From an uncultured Chloroflexia bacterium (GTDB lineage: Bacteria > Chloroflexota > Dehalococcoidia > DSTF01 > JALHUB01), in the NCBI GenBank assembly GCA_963703345.1, contig OY969814.1, positions 32,001 to 96,000 on the forward strand: a stretch of 64,000 nucleotides of DNA, read 5' to 3'. Below are positions 50,480 through 60,424 of the stretch, piece after piece (position 1 is the first letter of the stretch; each line of letters begins with the position of its first letter). Below the pieces are notes generated by a model that was not told the DNA's origin, ran no database searches, and saw only the letters and a program-made list of their open reading frames with translations. The translations under genes were made by a program, and so were the position numbers.

Positions 50480-51706
50480 ATGCGTGTCGTCGCTGCTGTA
50501 CAATCGCGAATCCGTCTCCGCAGTATCCTACTAGCCGTCCTCCTATTGCCAATGGTAGCAGTACTTACTGCACGCGACGCCCAGGCGATTCCCACCGTCA
50601 TTGCCACAATCGACACCGGGGCCAATATCTACGCCGTTGACGTCAACCCGATAACGAATCGTATATACGTGACTCATGCCAACGGCCCCGAGCAATGGGG
50701 GTCGTGCAGTGCAGGCTACACGTCAGTCGTCAACGGCGAGACTAACACGGTGGTGTCCACAATAGAACTGCCAAACACCGAGTTTGACATCGCGGTTAAC
50801 CCCAACACGAACCGCATCTACGTGACCAGCCACAATTGCTGCATCCTATCAGTAATCGATGGCGCGACGGACACGAAGATGGCAGATATTCCGCTTGGAG
50901 GTGGGACGTGGGGAGGGTGTTGGGGCGTAACCGTGAACCCTGCGACGAACCGCGTCTACGCCAACAAATGGAGCACGCTGTACGTCATTGACGGCGACAC
51001 GAACGCCATAGTCGGAACCACCGGCGTGGCGTCAAACGCCTACTTCATGGATACCAACCCCCTCACCAACCGCATATACGTGTCGGACTTTGACTACGGC
51101 GTTTCCGTAATCGACGGGTCAACGAACGCTGTGGTCGCCAACATTCCCCTGCCCACTCACCCGCGTGGAGTGGCAGTTGACGCCAGCGCTAACAGAATCT
51201 ATGTGGCGAGTGCCGGCGCGGGGGTCGTGTCAGTCATCGATGGAGTTGCCAACGCAGTTGTGGCCACGATACCGGTAGTAGGGGCCCCAATAGGTGTCGC
51301 ACTGAACTCGGCTACCGGCCGAGTCTACGTTGCCGACGGCTGGAGTGACGATATCACCATCATCGATGTGGCCACCAACACGGTGCTGGGCAGGGTGGCA
51401 GTGGGGGACAATCCTAGCGGTGCTGTTGCCGACGTGGCGGTGAACCCCACCACTGGCCGCATTTACGCGTCCAGCTACAGCGATGGCACGGTGGCCGTAA
51501 TGCAGGATGTACTTCCGCCCACACCAACGCCGCGTACGCACGGAGTCGGCGGCAAGGTCAAGCTTCCGCCAGCCGCCATCGCAGCGGAGTCTGGCGCGTC
51601 GGCCGAGGACTCCGGCTGGACGGCACCAGCCTATGCAGCTTTGGTGGGCGGTGCTCTAGTGCTGGCGGCTGGCGCTTGGTACGTGAGGAGGCGTTGGCTG
51701 ACTTAG
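50480..51706 (+). CDS. Secreted YVTN/YncE-type beta-propeller repeat protein with C-terminal membrane anchor
   Basis: Signal peptide ..AQA; about 7 repeats VNP.TNRIYV...VSVIDG.TN.VV; VGG motif, TM and RRR tail. Confidence 0.85.
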   Translation: MRVVAAVQSRIRLRSILLAVLLLPMVAVLTARDAQAIPTVIATIDTGANIYAVDVNPITNRIYVTHANGPEQWGSCSAGYTSVVNGETNTVVSTIELPNTEFDIAVNPNTNRIYVTSHNCCILSVIDGATDTKMADIPLGGGTWGGCWGVTVNPATNRVYANKWSTLYVIDGDTNAIVGTTGVASNAYFMDTNPLTNRIYVSDFDYGVSVIDGSTNAVVANIPLPTHPRGVAVDASANRIYVASAGAGVVSVIDGVANAVVATIPVVGAPIGVALNSATGRVYVADGWSDDITIIDVATNTVLGRVAVGDNPSGAVADVAVNPTTGRIYASSYSDGTVAVMQDVLPPTPTPRTHGVGGKVKLPPAAIAAESGASAEDSGWTAPAYAALVGGALVLAAGAWYVRRRWLT

Positions 51707-51869
51707 CTCGCGCCGCTTGCCACACCGCTTGCCAGACGACCCGAGACGACGTACAATCCGGTCGTCAGATGTCACGCGGGCAAGACCGCAGGATTCGTCC
51801 TCGTAGAGCGCCATCTGACCCTTCCCGCAGATTCGGCGAATAGCGTCGAGTGTGGGCCGAACGGCAAAC

Positions 51870-51913
51870 GGACTTTTAATCCTCATGTCGGGAGTTCGAG
51901 TCTCCCCTGGCCA
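51870..51913 (+). pseudogene. 3' remnant of tRNA-Lys(UUU), att-like
   Basis: GGA-CTTTTAA-TCC anticodon arm, GGGAG-TTCGAGT-CTCCC T-arm, CTGGCCA; no D-arm upstream. Confidence 0.65.
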
Positions 51914-52130
51914 GAGTGCCATTTCCGGGTGGCAATCGTCGCGACGCTGTGCTCTAATGGATGCGTCCGCACCCGATCGCCACCGGCGACCGGCGGGCCG
52001 GGGATCGCCCCCTCCGACAGTCAATCAAACAGGGGCGCTTTTTCAGATTCACAGACCCGCTGATTTTCCCAAACAAATTCAATCAAAGCCCCCGATAGAG
52101 CCCCAAAAACAATTGAATTCAACCGGTCAA

Positions 52131-52709
52131 TCAAGCGCCTGAGCGCGCCAGCAGAGCCGGCCTGCGACAGCAGTAGGAAAGTCGCGACGACGCCGGTTGA
52201 CTGTCTCCAAAGCTTAGAATCTCGACCGACGGCGCCTCCGGCATGATGCGTACGTCCGGTGGCCGCCCCAGCGCGTCTACCGCCTCCTCCGCTATCTGCG
52301 ACCGGGCGACCAGCAGCACGTCGCGACCGCTGTTCCACGCTTCGACCGCCTCCTGGCAAATGCCGCCCCCTGCCAGCTCCAGCGGCCCGAACTCGTCGAT
52401 TACGATGAGGTCGAAGGGCTGACGGACCGCACGCTCCAGCGCCGCCCGCGCCAGGTCTAGACCCTCGCGACGGATTGTCGTGTTGCGGGCGCGGCGGTCC
52501 CAGGGCACGGGCGCGATCGACCGGGCGATGGGCACGCTCTCCTCGGTCGCGAGATCGACGGCGTCGGCACCGACACGGTTGCCGCCATAGTGCACGGCCG
52601 GAGCGAGCACGCCGCCAACCTTCAGCCCGTCCCGTCGCGCCGAGTCGATCATTCGCCGGCAGAAGCTGGTCTTGCCGCAGCCTGATTCACCGGTTACCAG
52701 AATCCTCAT
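52131..52709 (-). CDS. THEP1/DUF2478-type nucleoside triphosphatase
   Basis: ILVTGESGCGKTS, VGG, LIVIDEFGPLE..GGG. Confidence 0.8.
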   Translation of the reverse strand: MRILVTGESGCGKTSFCRRMIDSARRDGLKVGGVLAPAVHYGGNRVGADAVDLATEESVPIARSIAPVPWDRRARNTTIRREGLDLARAALERAVRQPFDLIVIDEFGPLELAGGGICQEAVEAWNSGRDVLLVARSQIAEEAVDALGRPPDVRIMPEAPSVEILSFGDSQPASSRLSYCCRRPALLARSGA

Positions 52710-52951
52710 CTCACACCATCCTGTCATCATCGCCGCCGTCATGGCGACTGCGAACCCGCGTTTGCGGCGTTCCTAACGACATTACATTTGGAAGGTGCAC
52801 GTAACGTGAAGGCAAGCATCGCTTACATGCAGGAAACATGAAACCAGCGCTCGACGAAACGCGAGCTGCGGCGTTGGAGTCCCTTCACCACGTGTCGGCG
52901 GGAATCGACGTTCTTGCTGCAGCACGGGGGAGGGCCGCTCGGTTGGCGAGA

Positions 52952-54874
52952 CTACGCCTGCTGCTCAGCGAGCTGCGCGCTCATCTGCCGCCACGCCTCC
53001 CGCGCCTCTTCCACCGAGCCCTCGTCCTCGATCGTCGAGACATCGCCCGGGTCTTTGCCGGACACAACCGCCTTCAGCACTCGGCGCATAATCTTGCCGC
53101 TGCGCGTCTTCGGCAGCATCTCCACGAAGTTGAGGTCGCCGACGACGACGAGGGCTCCCAGTTGCTGGCGCACGGTCTGCAAGAGCTCCTTGCGCAGCTC
53201 CTCCGACGGCTTCTGCCCCTGCTTCAGCACGACGAAGGCGGATACGACCTCGCCGCGTAGCTCATCGGGGCGGCCCGTCACGCCCACCTCCGCGCAGGCG
53301 GGATGATGCAGGAAGGCCGTCTCTACTTCAATCGTGCCGATGCGGTGCGCCGCGATCTTTATCACTTCGTCGGCGCGGCCGCTGAACCAGACGTAGCCGT
53401 CATCGTCGATGGATGCGGCGTCGCCGGTCGAGTAGACACTGGCGTTCGCGATGCGCTCCCAGTAGTCCAGGCCATAGCGCTCCGGCTCGCCCCAGAGCGT
53501 CGACGTCAGGCCCGGGAACGGACGCTTGATGACGAAGAGGCCCTTCTCATTCGCCGCGCAAGGCTCGCCCTCCGCCGTCATGATCGCCGCCTCGATGCCG
53601 GGCAGAGGGATGCCGCCGGAGCCGGGCTTTATCGGCAGGAGCCCGAGGCCGTACGGGTTGCCGACGATTGGCCCGCCCGTCTCCGTCGCCCACATGTGGT
53701 CGATGACCGGCACCTCGTCCCGAAGCACCTCCTTTTGCAGCCACTCCCAGGCCGGCGCGTTCAGCACCTCGCCGGCACAGAAGACGCGCTCCAGCGAGCT
53801 CAGGTCGGAGGCGCGCGCGGCGTCGGCGCCGTAGCGCATGAGCAGGCGCACCAGCGTTGGCGACGTGAAGATGCCGCTCACCTTGTTCTCCTCAATGATG
53901 CGATAGAAAGTCTCCGGGCCCGGATGGTCGGGCGCGCCCTCGAAGGCGATGGTGGCGCAGCCGTAGAGCAGCGGCGCGTGCACGATGTACGCATGGCCCA
54001 CAATCCAGCCGATGTCTGAGGTCGACCACCAGACATCGTTGTCCTTCAGCCCGAAGAGCCAGTTGGCCATGCTCCACGTGTGCACCTGATAGCCGCCGTG
54101 CGTGTGCGTTGCCAGCTTCGGCTTGGCCGTCGTGCCGGAGGTAGGGAGAATGTAGGCCGGCTCGTTCGCCTCCATCACCTCGTAGCCGTCGTTCTGGCCT
54201 TCGCCGAGCGCCAGGAAGTCGTCCCAGGTGATGTCGCGACCCGCCTGCATCGGGATGTCGGCGTCGCTGCGACGCAGCACTACGACGCGCTCGACGACCT
54301 GGTCCGCGCCCTCGGCAAGGCAGGCATCGACAATGTCTTTCAGGGAAACGTCCTTGCCCTTGCGGTAGACGATGTCGGAGGCGAAGATTGCCCGCGCGCC
54401 CGTGCGGACGACGCGGTCGGCGAAGGCGGCAGCGCCGAAACCGGCGAAGATGGCGACATGGATGGCCCCAATGCGCACCGCGGCCAGCATGACCATTATC
54501 GCTTCCGGGCAGGTGGGCATGTAGATGGCAATGCGATCGCCGCGCTTGATGCCCATGCCGCGAAGGGCGGCCGCGACGCGTTTCACTTCATAGAGAAGCT
54601 GCGCGTAGGTGTAGACGCGCCGGCCGCCGCGCTCGTCCTCGGCGATGAGCGCCGCGCGCCCGCCGCGTCCGCGCTCGACATGATAGTCGAGGCAGTTGTA
54701 GCAGAGGTTCGTTTTGCCGCCCAGGAACCAGCGAAAAGTGGGCGGCGTCCATTCGAACACGGTGTCCCACTTGCGGAACCAGGGGAGCCGGTCGGCGGCA
54801 TCGGCCCAGAAGCGCTCCGGGTCGTCAACGGCGGAGCGACAGAACTTGCGCACTAGCGGGTTGATCACTTCCAT
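52952..54874 (-). CDS. acs: Acetate--CoA ligase (AMP-forming)
   Basis: TSGTTAKPK, DIGWIVGH, DHMWATETGG, GRADEVI, PKTRSGKIMRR. Confidence 0.88.
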   Translation of the reverse strand: MEVINPLVRKFCRSAVDDPERFWADAADRLPWFRKWDTVFEWTPPTFRWFLGGKTNLCYNCLDYHVERGRGGRAALIAEDERGGRRVYTYAQLLYEVKRVAAALRGMGIKRGDRIAIYMPTCPEAIMVMLAAVRIGAIHVAIFAGFGAAAFADRVVRTGARAIFASDIVYRKGKDVSLKDIVDACLAEGADQVVERVVVLRRSDADIPMQAGRDITWDDFLALGEGQNDGYEVMEANEPAYILPTSGTTAKPKLATHTHGGYQVHTWSMANWLFGLKDNDVWWSTSDIGWIVGHAYIVHAPLLYGCATIAFEGAPDHPGPETFYRIIEENKVSGIFTSPTLVRLLMRYGADAARASDLSSLERVFCAGEVLNAPAWEWLQKEVLRDEVPVIDHMWATETGGPIVGNPYGLGLLPIKPGSGGIPLPGIEAAIMTAEGEPCAANEKGLFVIKRPFPGLTSTLWGEPERYGLDYWERIANASVYSTGDAASIDDDGYVWFSGRADEVIKIAAHRIGTIEVETAFLHHPACAEVGVTGRPDELRGEVVSAFVVLKQGQKPSEELRKELLQTVRQQLGALVVVGDLNFVEMLPKTRSGKIMRRVLKAVVSGKDPGDVSTIEDEGSVEEAREAWRQMSAQLAEQQA

Positions 54875-54913
54875 CGGTCTACCTCCAAGAGCGAGCGGGT
54901 TGCGGTGAGAAGA

Positions 54914-54942
54914 ATGCTACTCGGCAGTCGATCAGTGGTCAA
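54914..54942 (-). promoter_or_regulatory. Promoter of acs
   Basis: TTGACC-17 nt-TAGCAT on the minus strand. Confidence 0.55.
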
Positions 54943-55065
54943 CGGCGGCAAACGGGGGCGTCATCTAGAGGGCCTGCTTGAACCACGTGGTGGGCGCTGA
55001 GACTGGTCGCCGGGGCGCCGGCGCGCATCTTCATCGGACGCGAGACCTTTGCTATGATGCTTCGC

Positions 55066-55803
55066 GTGGAAGTCGAAGGAAAGGTCGCGATAGTTACAGG
55101 CGCGTCGTCGGGCATCGGCCTTGCGACGGCAAGGCTGCTCGCCGAGCGCGGCGCGAAGGTCGGCCTGGTCGCTCGGTCAGTGGACAAGCTGAACGCGCTG
55201 TCGCGGGAGCTGCCCGACTCCTTCGTCGCCGCCGCGGACATGAGCGTCGAGGGCGACGTGAGGGAGATGGTGAGACGCGTGGAGGCGCACTACGGCCGCA
55301 TCGACATCCTGGTCAACTGCGCCGGTCGCGGCTACGATGCCCCCGTGGAACACATCGACACGGACGAGTTCCGGCGCCTGTTCGAGCTGGACGTCGTCGG
55401 CCCGCTGGTCGCCATGCAGTCCGTCATCGCCATAATGCGCCGGCAGGGCGGCGGCGCAATCGTGAACGTCAGCTCCGGGACGTCGCTGATGAACCTGCCG
55501 TACATGGGCCCCTATTCCGCCCTGAAGCGGGCGCTGAACGGCCTAACGCTCGGGGCACGCGAGGAGTTGAAAGACGACGGCATTGTGGTGAGCGTGGTCT
55601 ACCCATACATTACGGCGACCGACTTCGAGGAGAACACGATCGTCGATAGCCACGTGCCGCAGTGGGAAGGCGACGGCGAAGGGCTGCGGCCGCCCGATTC
55701 AGCGGAGCATGTCGCCGAGCGCATCCTGAACGTGATCGCGAGCGGCAAGGCCGAGCAGTTTGCGCACGACTGGATGGCGCGACTCGGCTCGTCGGGCGCC
55801 TGA
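55066..55803 (+). CDS. Short-chain dehydrogenase/reductase
   Basis: TGASSGIG, NCAG, NVSS, YSALK; likely GTG start just after a TGc-TATGAT -10 box. Confidence 0.88.
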   Translation: MEVEGKVAIVTGASSGIGLATARLLAERGAKVGLVARSVDKLNALSRELPDSFVAAADMSVEGDVREMVRRVEAHYGRIDILVNCAGRGYDAPVEHIDTDEFRRLFELDVVGPLVAMQSVIAIMRRQGGGAIVNVSSGTSLMNLPYMGPYSALKRALNGLTLGAREELKDDGIVVSVVYPYITATDFEENTIVDSHVPQWEGDGEGLRPPDSAEHVAERILNVIASGKAEQFAHDWMARLGSSGA

Positions 55804-55828
55804 GTCAGGCGGTCAACGGGAACACTCC

Positions 55829-57271
55829 CTACGCGTCCGGGGACTGGTCCTGCTCCTCCAGCCAGCGGTAGTAGCCGGTGTACTTGTAAAGCGCCCGGCA
55901 GGCCCGCTCGATGGTCTTAAAGACGGGGATTTGCGCCTTGAGGAGGCGCGCGGTTACCTGCAGCCGGTCCTTCTCAGTCTCCAGCCGCTCCGACGTACAG
56001 CGTATCGCGACCACGAACGGCTGACGGTGTGGCTTCTTCGCAAAGCGGACGAAGTACTTCGCCAGGTCGCGGGCCCCGCCCCACCACGGCACGTTGCGCG
56101 GGAAGACCTGCGCCGTCATCAGGATTATGTCGATTACCGGGTCCTTGGCGACGGTCTCGACGACGCGGATGAAATCCTCCGGCCCGCGCAGTTGCATCGC
56201 CACGTCGAGCGGGTTTCGTACGCTCGTGCCGGCGACGCCGATGAAGCCGCGCAGCTCCTTCTGAATGTCCTCCGAGATGTCGGGCACGGATAGGCCCTCG
56301 CGGACGCAGATGTCGGTCGTGATCACGCCGTTACCGCCGGCGCTACCGATGAGCGCGGCGCCCCTGCCCGTACACGGCGGCAGCCGGACGAAAGCCTGAA
56401 GCACATCGACCATCTCTTCGATTGAGTCAACTCGGATGGCGCCAGACTGGGCGAAGAAGGCGTTCCAGACGGCATCCTGCCCGGCGAGCGAGCCGGTGTG
56501 GGAGGCAACCGCCCTGGCGCCCGCCGCCGTGAAGCCGCCCTTGAGAACGACGATCGGCTTCCTGGGCGAGATGCGCTGCACCATTCGCAGCAGCTTGCGG
56601 CCGTCGCGCACGCCCTCGAGGTACATGCCGATGTACTTGGTCTCGGGGTCGTTCTCAAAGTACTCCAGGTAGTCGGTGCAGTCGAGGACGTAGCCGTTGC
56701 CGTAGGAGATGACTTTGCTCATGCGGAGGTTGTAGTCCGGCGCCATGCGCACGAACTCGCTGCCGAGCGCGCCGCTCTGCGTGAGCATCGCTATCGGGCC
56801 GACCTCCGTCGGGAGCGGGCCCCAGGGCGAGATGCGCCCGCGCGGCGAGTAGATGCCCATGCAGTTCGGTCCGACGATGTTCAGCTTGCCGCGGGCGGCT
56901 ATCTCGCGCAGCTTCTCGGCCAGCGCGGCGCCTTCCTCCTCGCCGGTCTCGGCGAAGCCGGCGGTGAACATGTGGATGTTGTGGACGCCGCAGTCGATGC
57001 ACTCCTGCAGCGCGTCCTCGGCCCTCGAGGCGTTCACAGCCATGATGACCAGGTCGGGCTTCTCCGGCAGCGACGCCAGCGAAGGATAGCACTTCAACCC
57101 CATGATCTCTTCGGCGGATGGATTGATAGGGTAGAGGTTGCCTTCGTACCCCATGGACATGATCGACCAGATGAACTGGTTGCCGCCGCCGCGCATTCTG
57201 CTCCTCGAAGCGCCGAGAACAGCGACGGACCGGGGCGTGAAGGCCATCTCCAGCTCGGGATTCCAGGCCAT
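55829..57271 (-). CDS. NDP-forming acyl-CoA synthetase alpha subunit (CoA-binding)
   Basis: SVAVLGAS, YPINP, GPNCMG, QSGA, ASHTGSLAG (phospho-His), NPLD. Confidence 0.85.
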   Translation of the reverse strand: MAWNPELEMAFTPRSVAVLGASRSRMRGGGNQFIWSIMSMGYEGNLYPINPSAEEIMGLKCYPSLASLPEKPDLVIMAVNASRAEDALQECIDCGVHNIHMFTAGFAETGEEEGAALAEKLREIAARGKLNIVGPNCMGIYSPRGRISPWGPLPTEVGPIAMLTQSGALGSEFVRMAPDYNLRMSKVISYGNGYVLDCTDYLEYFENDPETKYIGMYLEGVRDGRKLLRMVQRISPRKPIVVLKGGFTAAGARAVASHTGSLAGQDAVWNAFFAQSGAIRVDSIEEMVDVLQAFVRLPPCTGRGAALIGSAGGNGVITTDICVREGLSVPDISEDIQKELRGFIGVAGTSVRNPLDVAMQLRGPEDFIRVVETVAKDPVIDIILMTAQVFPRNVPWWGGARDLAKYFVRFAKKPHRQPFVVAIRCTSERLETEKDRLQVTARLLKAQIPVFKTIERACRALYKYTGYYRWLEEQDQSPDA

Positions 57272-57277
57272 GCGGCG

Positions 57278-58093
57278 TCAGCTCTCCTTCCCTTTTCGAC
57301 CGTCCGGCACGCCGGCGAGGAAGTCAAAGACGATGCGGCTGAACTCCTGCGGCGCTTCCAGCGCGGGCGTGTGACCGGTCGGCAGGAGCTTGAGGCGGCT
57401 GCCCGTGATGGCCGCCTGCGCTGCCTTCGCCATCTCGACGGACATGAAGGCGTCGCGCTCGCCGGCGATTATCAGGACCGGGCAGGAAAGGCGGCTCACG
57501 TCCGGCGGCGGCGCCTGCATGACGGCGAGCCACACTCGGGCAAAGGCGCGGGGGTCGTTCGCCAGCTTGATTCGCTTGTAGCGCTCGAACAGCGCCGTGT
57601 CGCGCTCGTTGAGGCCGGGTGAGAACGACGACGCCGTCATCTGCTCGGCCACCGTCTCCAGGTCGCCGCGTTCCAGCGCCTCGATGAGCTGCCGCCTTCG
57701 CTCGTCGGCGCCAGCCGGCCGCGGGCCCACGCCGATGCCGCTGCTCGACAGGATGAGCGCCCGCACCATTTCCGGCTGCTCGATGGCGAGCTGCAGAGCG
57801 ATACGCCCGCCCATGGAGTGGCCGAGAGCGAAGGCGTAATCGATATCGAGGGCGCGCAGGAGCTCGCGCAGGTCGGCGGCAAGGAGCGACACGTCTACCT
57901 CCGCCTCGCCGAGTTCCGTCTCGCCGAAGCCGCGTATGTCGTAGGTCAGGACGCGGTAGCAGCGGGAGAACTCCGCGACCTGCGCGTCCCAGAGGCGAAG
58001 GCTGTCGCCGGCGCCGTGGACGAGGACAAGGCATTCGCCCTCGCCGGCCAGCTCGTAGTTCATCAGGATGCCGTTTGCGCGCAGCTTCGACAC
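57278..58093 (-). CDS. Alpha/beta hydrolase
   Basis: LVHG, DIRGFG, GHSMGG nucleophile elbow, GERD, GH. Confidence 0.88.
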   Translation of the reverse strand: MSKLRANGILMNYELAGEGECLVLVHGAGDSLRLWDAQVAEFSRCYRVLTYDIRGFGETELGEAEVDVSLLAADLRELLRALDIDYAFALGHSMGGRIALQLAIEQPEMVRALILSSSGIGVGPRPAGADERRRQLIEALERGDLETVAEQMTASSFSPGLNERDTALFERYKRIKLANDPRAFARVWLAVMQAPPPDVSRLSCPVLIIAGERDAFMSVEMAKAAQAAITGSRLKLLPTGHTPALEAPQEFSRIVFDFLAGVPDGRKGKES

Positions 58094-58220
58094 GTCGTCT
58101 CCGTGTGGAACAGCAAAGGTCGGCCGGAATGGAGCGCGGACAGGGATATTGTGGGTTCAGGTTGCGGATGAAGTCAACCGCGGACGACACGGGGCGGAGA
58201 TGCCGTGGCAGCGGCCGCCC

Positions 58221-59435
58221 CTACAGCAGCAGGGTCACAGGCGATTCCAGCAATCGTTTTATCTCGCTGAGGAACTGCGCGCCCAGCGCACCGTCGGTGA
58301 CGCGGTGGTCGCCGGAGAGGGCGGCGCGCATCACCTCCGCAGTCTCGACAACTCCATCGCGCGCGACCGGCTGCGACTTCACGCGCCCGACACCCAGAAT
58401 CGCGGTCTGCGGCGGCTGGATGATGGCGATAAGCTCGTCGATGCCGTACATGCCCAGGTTGCTAACGGTGAAGGTTCCGGCGCCGTACTCGTCCGGCTTG
58501 AGGCTGCCCGATTTCGCCCGTTCCGCCAGGCTGCGACTCGCCTGGGCGATCTCGACGAGGCTCTTGTGGCCGCAGTCGAGGATGGCCGGGGCGATCAGCC
58601 CTTCCTCTAGCGCAATGCCGATGCAGACGTTTTGCGCTTCCTGCTGCTGGACCTGCTCGTCCACGAACCAGGTGTTGAATATGGGGTAACGCTGGAGCGC
58701 CTTCGCCGACGCTTTGACCAGCAGGTCGTTGACGGAGATATGCGCCTGGTCGCCGAGGGCGGCGTTGAGCTGCGCCCGGAAGCGCCGCGCCTCCGTCATG
58801 TCGATATCCACCGTCACGTAGTAATGGGGTGCCTCGCGCTTGCTCTTCGCCATGCGCCGCGCGATGGCCTGCCGCATCCGGCTCATCGAGGCTGGGGGCG
58901 ACTCCTTTGCCATCTCCAGGGGCTTAGGCGAGGGCTGCGCCATTCGCGTTTGAAGGAAGCCTTCGACATCCTCGCGCGTGATGCGCCCTTCCGGGCCCGT
59001 GCCGTGGACCTGGGCCAGGTCGACTCCCTTCTCCTCAGCCATGCGGCGGGCGACGGGCGAGGCGTGGACGCGTCCGTCACCGCGACCCGGTGGCTCGCGC
59101 GCGGGCGCCTGGGCGGCGGAAGGTCGGGCCACCGTCGCCATCGCCGGCTCGCGCTCGCGGGCGGCGGTAGGCGCCTCGTACTTCGATATGTCCTCGTCGG
59201 GAGCAGCGAGAACGGCGATCACCTGGCCCACGGCAACAACGTCGCCGGGCTGGGCCAGCGCCTTGCGGAACACGCCGCCCTCGAACGCCTCGATCTCGAT
59301 ATTCGCCTTGTCCGTCTCGATCTCCGCTATGGCCTCGCCGCGCTGTACCTCATCGCCCTCTTTCTTCAGCCAGCGAATGAGGGTGCCTTCCTTCATGTCG
59401 GCCCCCATCTGAGGCATCACGACCTCGTAAGCCAT
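58221..59435 (-). CDS. pdhC: Dihydrolipoamide acetyltransferase (E2)
   Basis: Lipoyl domain ETDKA, E3-binding ASPVARR..GTGPEGRI, DHRVTDG. Confidence 0.92.
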   Translation of the reverse strand: MAYEVVMPQMGADMKEGTLIRWLKKEGDEVQRGEAIAEIETDKANIEIEAFEGGVFRKALAQPGDVVAVGQVIAVLAAPDEDISKYEAPTAAREREPAMATVARPSAAQAPAREPPGRGDGRVHASPVARRMAEEKGVDLAQVHGTGPEGRITREDVEGFLQTRMAQPSPKPLEMAKESPPASMSRMRQAIARRMAKSKREAPHYYVTVDIDMTEARRFRAQLNAALGDQAHISVNDLLVKASAKALQRYPIFNTWFVDEQVQQQEAQNVCIGIALEEGLIAPAILDCGHKSLVEIAQASRSLAERAKSGSLKPDEYGAGTFTVSNLGMYGIDELIAIIQPPQTAILGVGRVKSQPVARDGVVETAEVMRAALSGDHRVTDGALGAQFLSEIKRLLESPVTLLL

Positions 59436-59448
59436 GGTCCTCCTCCTC

Positions 59449-60420
59449 TCAGCGCATGGCCAGCGCCGCGTCGACGATCTGTTGCTCGCTGGGCAGGGCG
59501 GCCGTCTCCAGCTCGTGGGCGTAGGGCATGGGCACGTCGGCGCCACAGACGCGGGCGACCGGCGCGTCGAGGTAGTCGAAGGCGCGCTCCTGAATGAGGG
59601 CGACGATCTCGCCCGCAAAGCCGCCGAAGCACCAGTCGTCCTCTACGACAATGGCGCGACCGGTCTTCTTGACCGAGTTGACGATGGTGCCAACGTCCAG
59701 GGGGCGCAGAGTGCGCAGGTTGAGCACTTCGGCGTCCATATCCTGCCCGGCCAGCATATCCGCCGCCCGCAACGCCTGGTGAACGCTGCCCGAATAGCCG
59801 ACAAGCGTGACGTCGGCGCCTTCGCGCATCACCTGCGCCTGACCGAAGGGGACGGAGTAGTCCTCCTCCGGCACTTCGCCGCGCAGGCCGTAGATGGCGG
59901 TGTGCTCGACGAAGATGACGGGATTCTCTTCGCGCAGGGCGGTCTTCAGGAGGCCGCGGGCGTCGAAAGGCGTGGAGGGCGTCGCGACCTTGAGGCCCGG
60001 CACGTGGGCGTACCAGCCGGCCAGGTCGTGTGAGTGCTGCGCGCCGAGCTGGCTGCCGCCGCCGCTGGCCATGCGAATGACCAGCGGAACGTTGATCTGG
60101 CCGCCGGACATGTAGTGCAGCTTCGAGGCGTTGTTGATGATCTGGTCGAAGGCGAGGAAGCTGAAGTTGATGGTCATCAGCTCGATGACGGGGCGAACGC
60201 CTCCCATCGCGGCGCCGATGCCGCAGCCGACGACGACCGACTCCGAGATCGGCGTGTCGTAGACGCGCTCCTCGCCGAACTCCTCCAGCAGGCCGCGCGT
60301 AACGCCGTAGGAGCCGCCGTAGGCGCCGATGTCCTCTCCCATGAGCACCATGCGCTCGTGCTGATGCAGCTCTTCTCTTAGCGTCTGTCGAAGGGCTTCC
60401 CGTATTGTCGTCTCAGGCAT
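59449..60420 (-). CDS. pdhB: Pyruvate dehydrogenase E1 beta
   Basis: GEDIG, DTPISE, GAQHS, LRTLRPLD, DVPMPY. Confidence 0.92.
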   Translation of the reverse strand: MPETTIREALRQTLREELHQHERMVLMGEDIGAYGGSYGVTRGLLEEFGEERVYDTPISESVVVGCGIGAAMGGVRPVIELMTINFSFLAFDQIINNASKLHYMSGGQINVPLVIRMASGGGSQLGAQHSHDLAGWYAHVPGLKVATPSTPFDARGLLKTALREENPVIFVEHTAIYGLRGEVPEEDYSVPFGQAQVMREGADVTLVGYSGSVHQALRAADMLAGQDMDAEVLNLRTLRPLDVGTIVNSVKKTGRAIVVEDDWCFGGFAGEIVALIQERAFDYLDAPVARVCGADVPMPYAHELETAALPSEQQIVDAALAMR

Positions 60421-60424
60421 CGCC

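Noticed and set aside
51854-51913. Functional tRNA-Lys gene
   Set aside because: No D-arm or TAGC/GG signatures; too short; acceptor stem incomplete.
52798-52808. Short palindrome CACGTAACGTG, and ATCGGCCGAT near 62927, as operators
   Set aside because: Too short, single copies, no supporting regulator.
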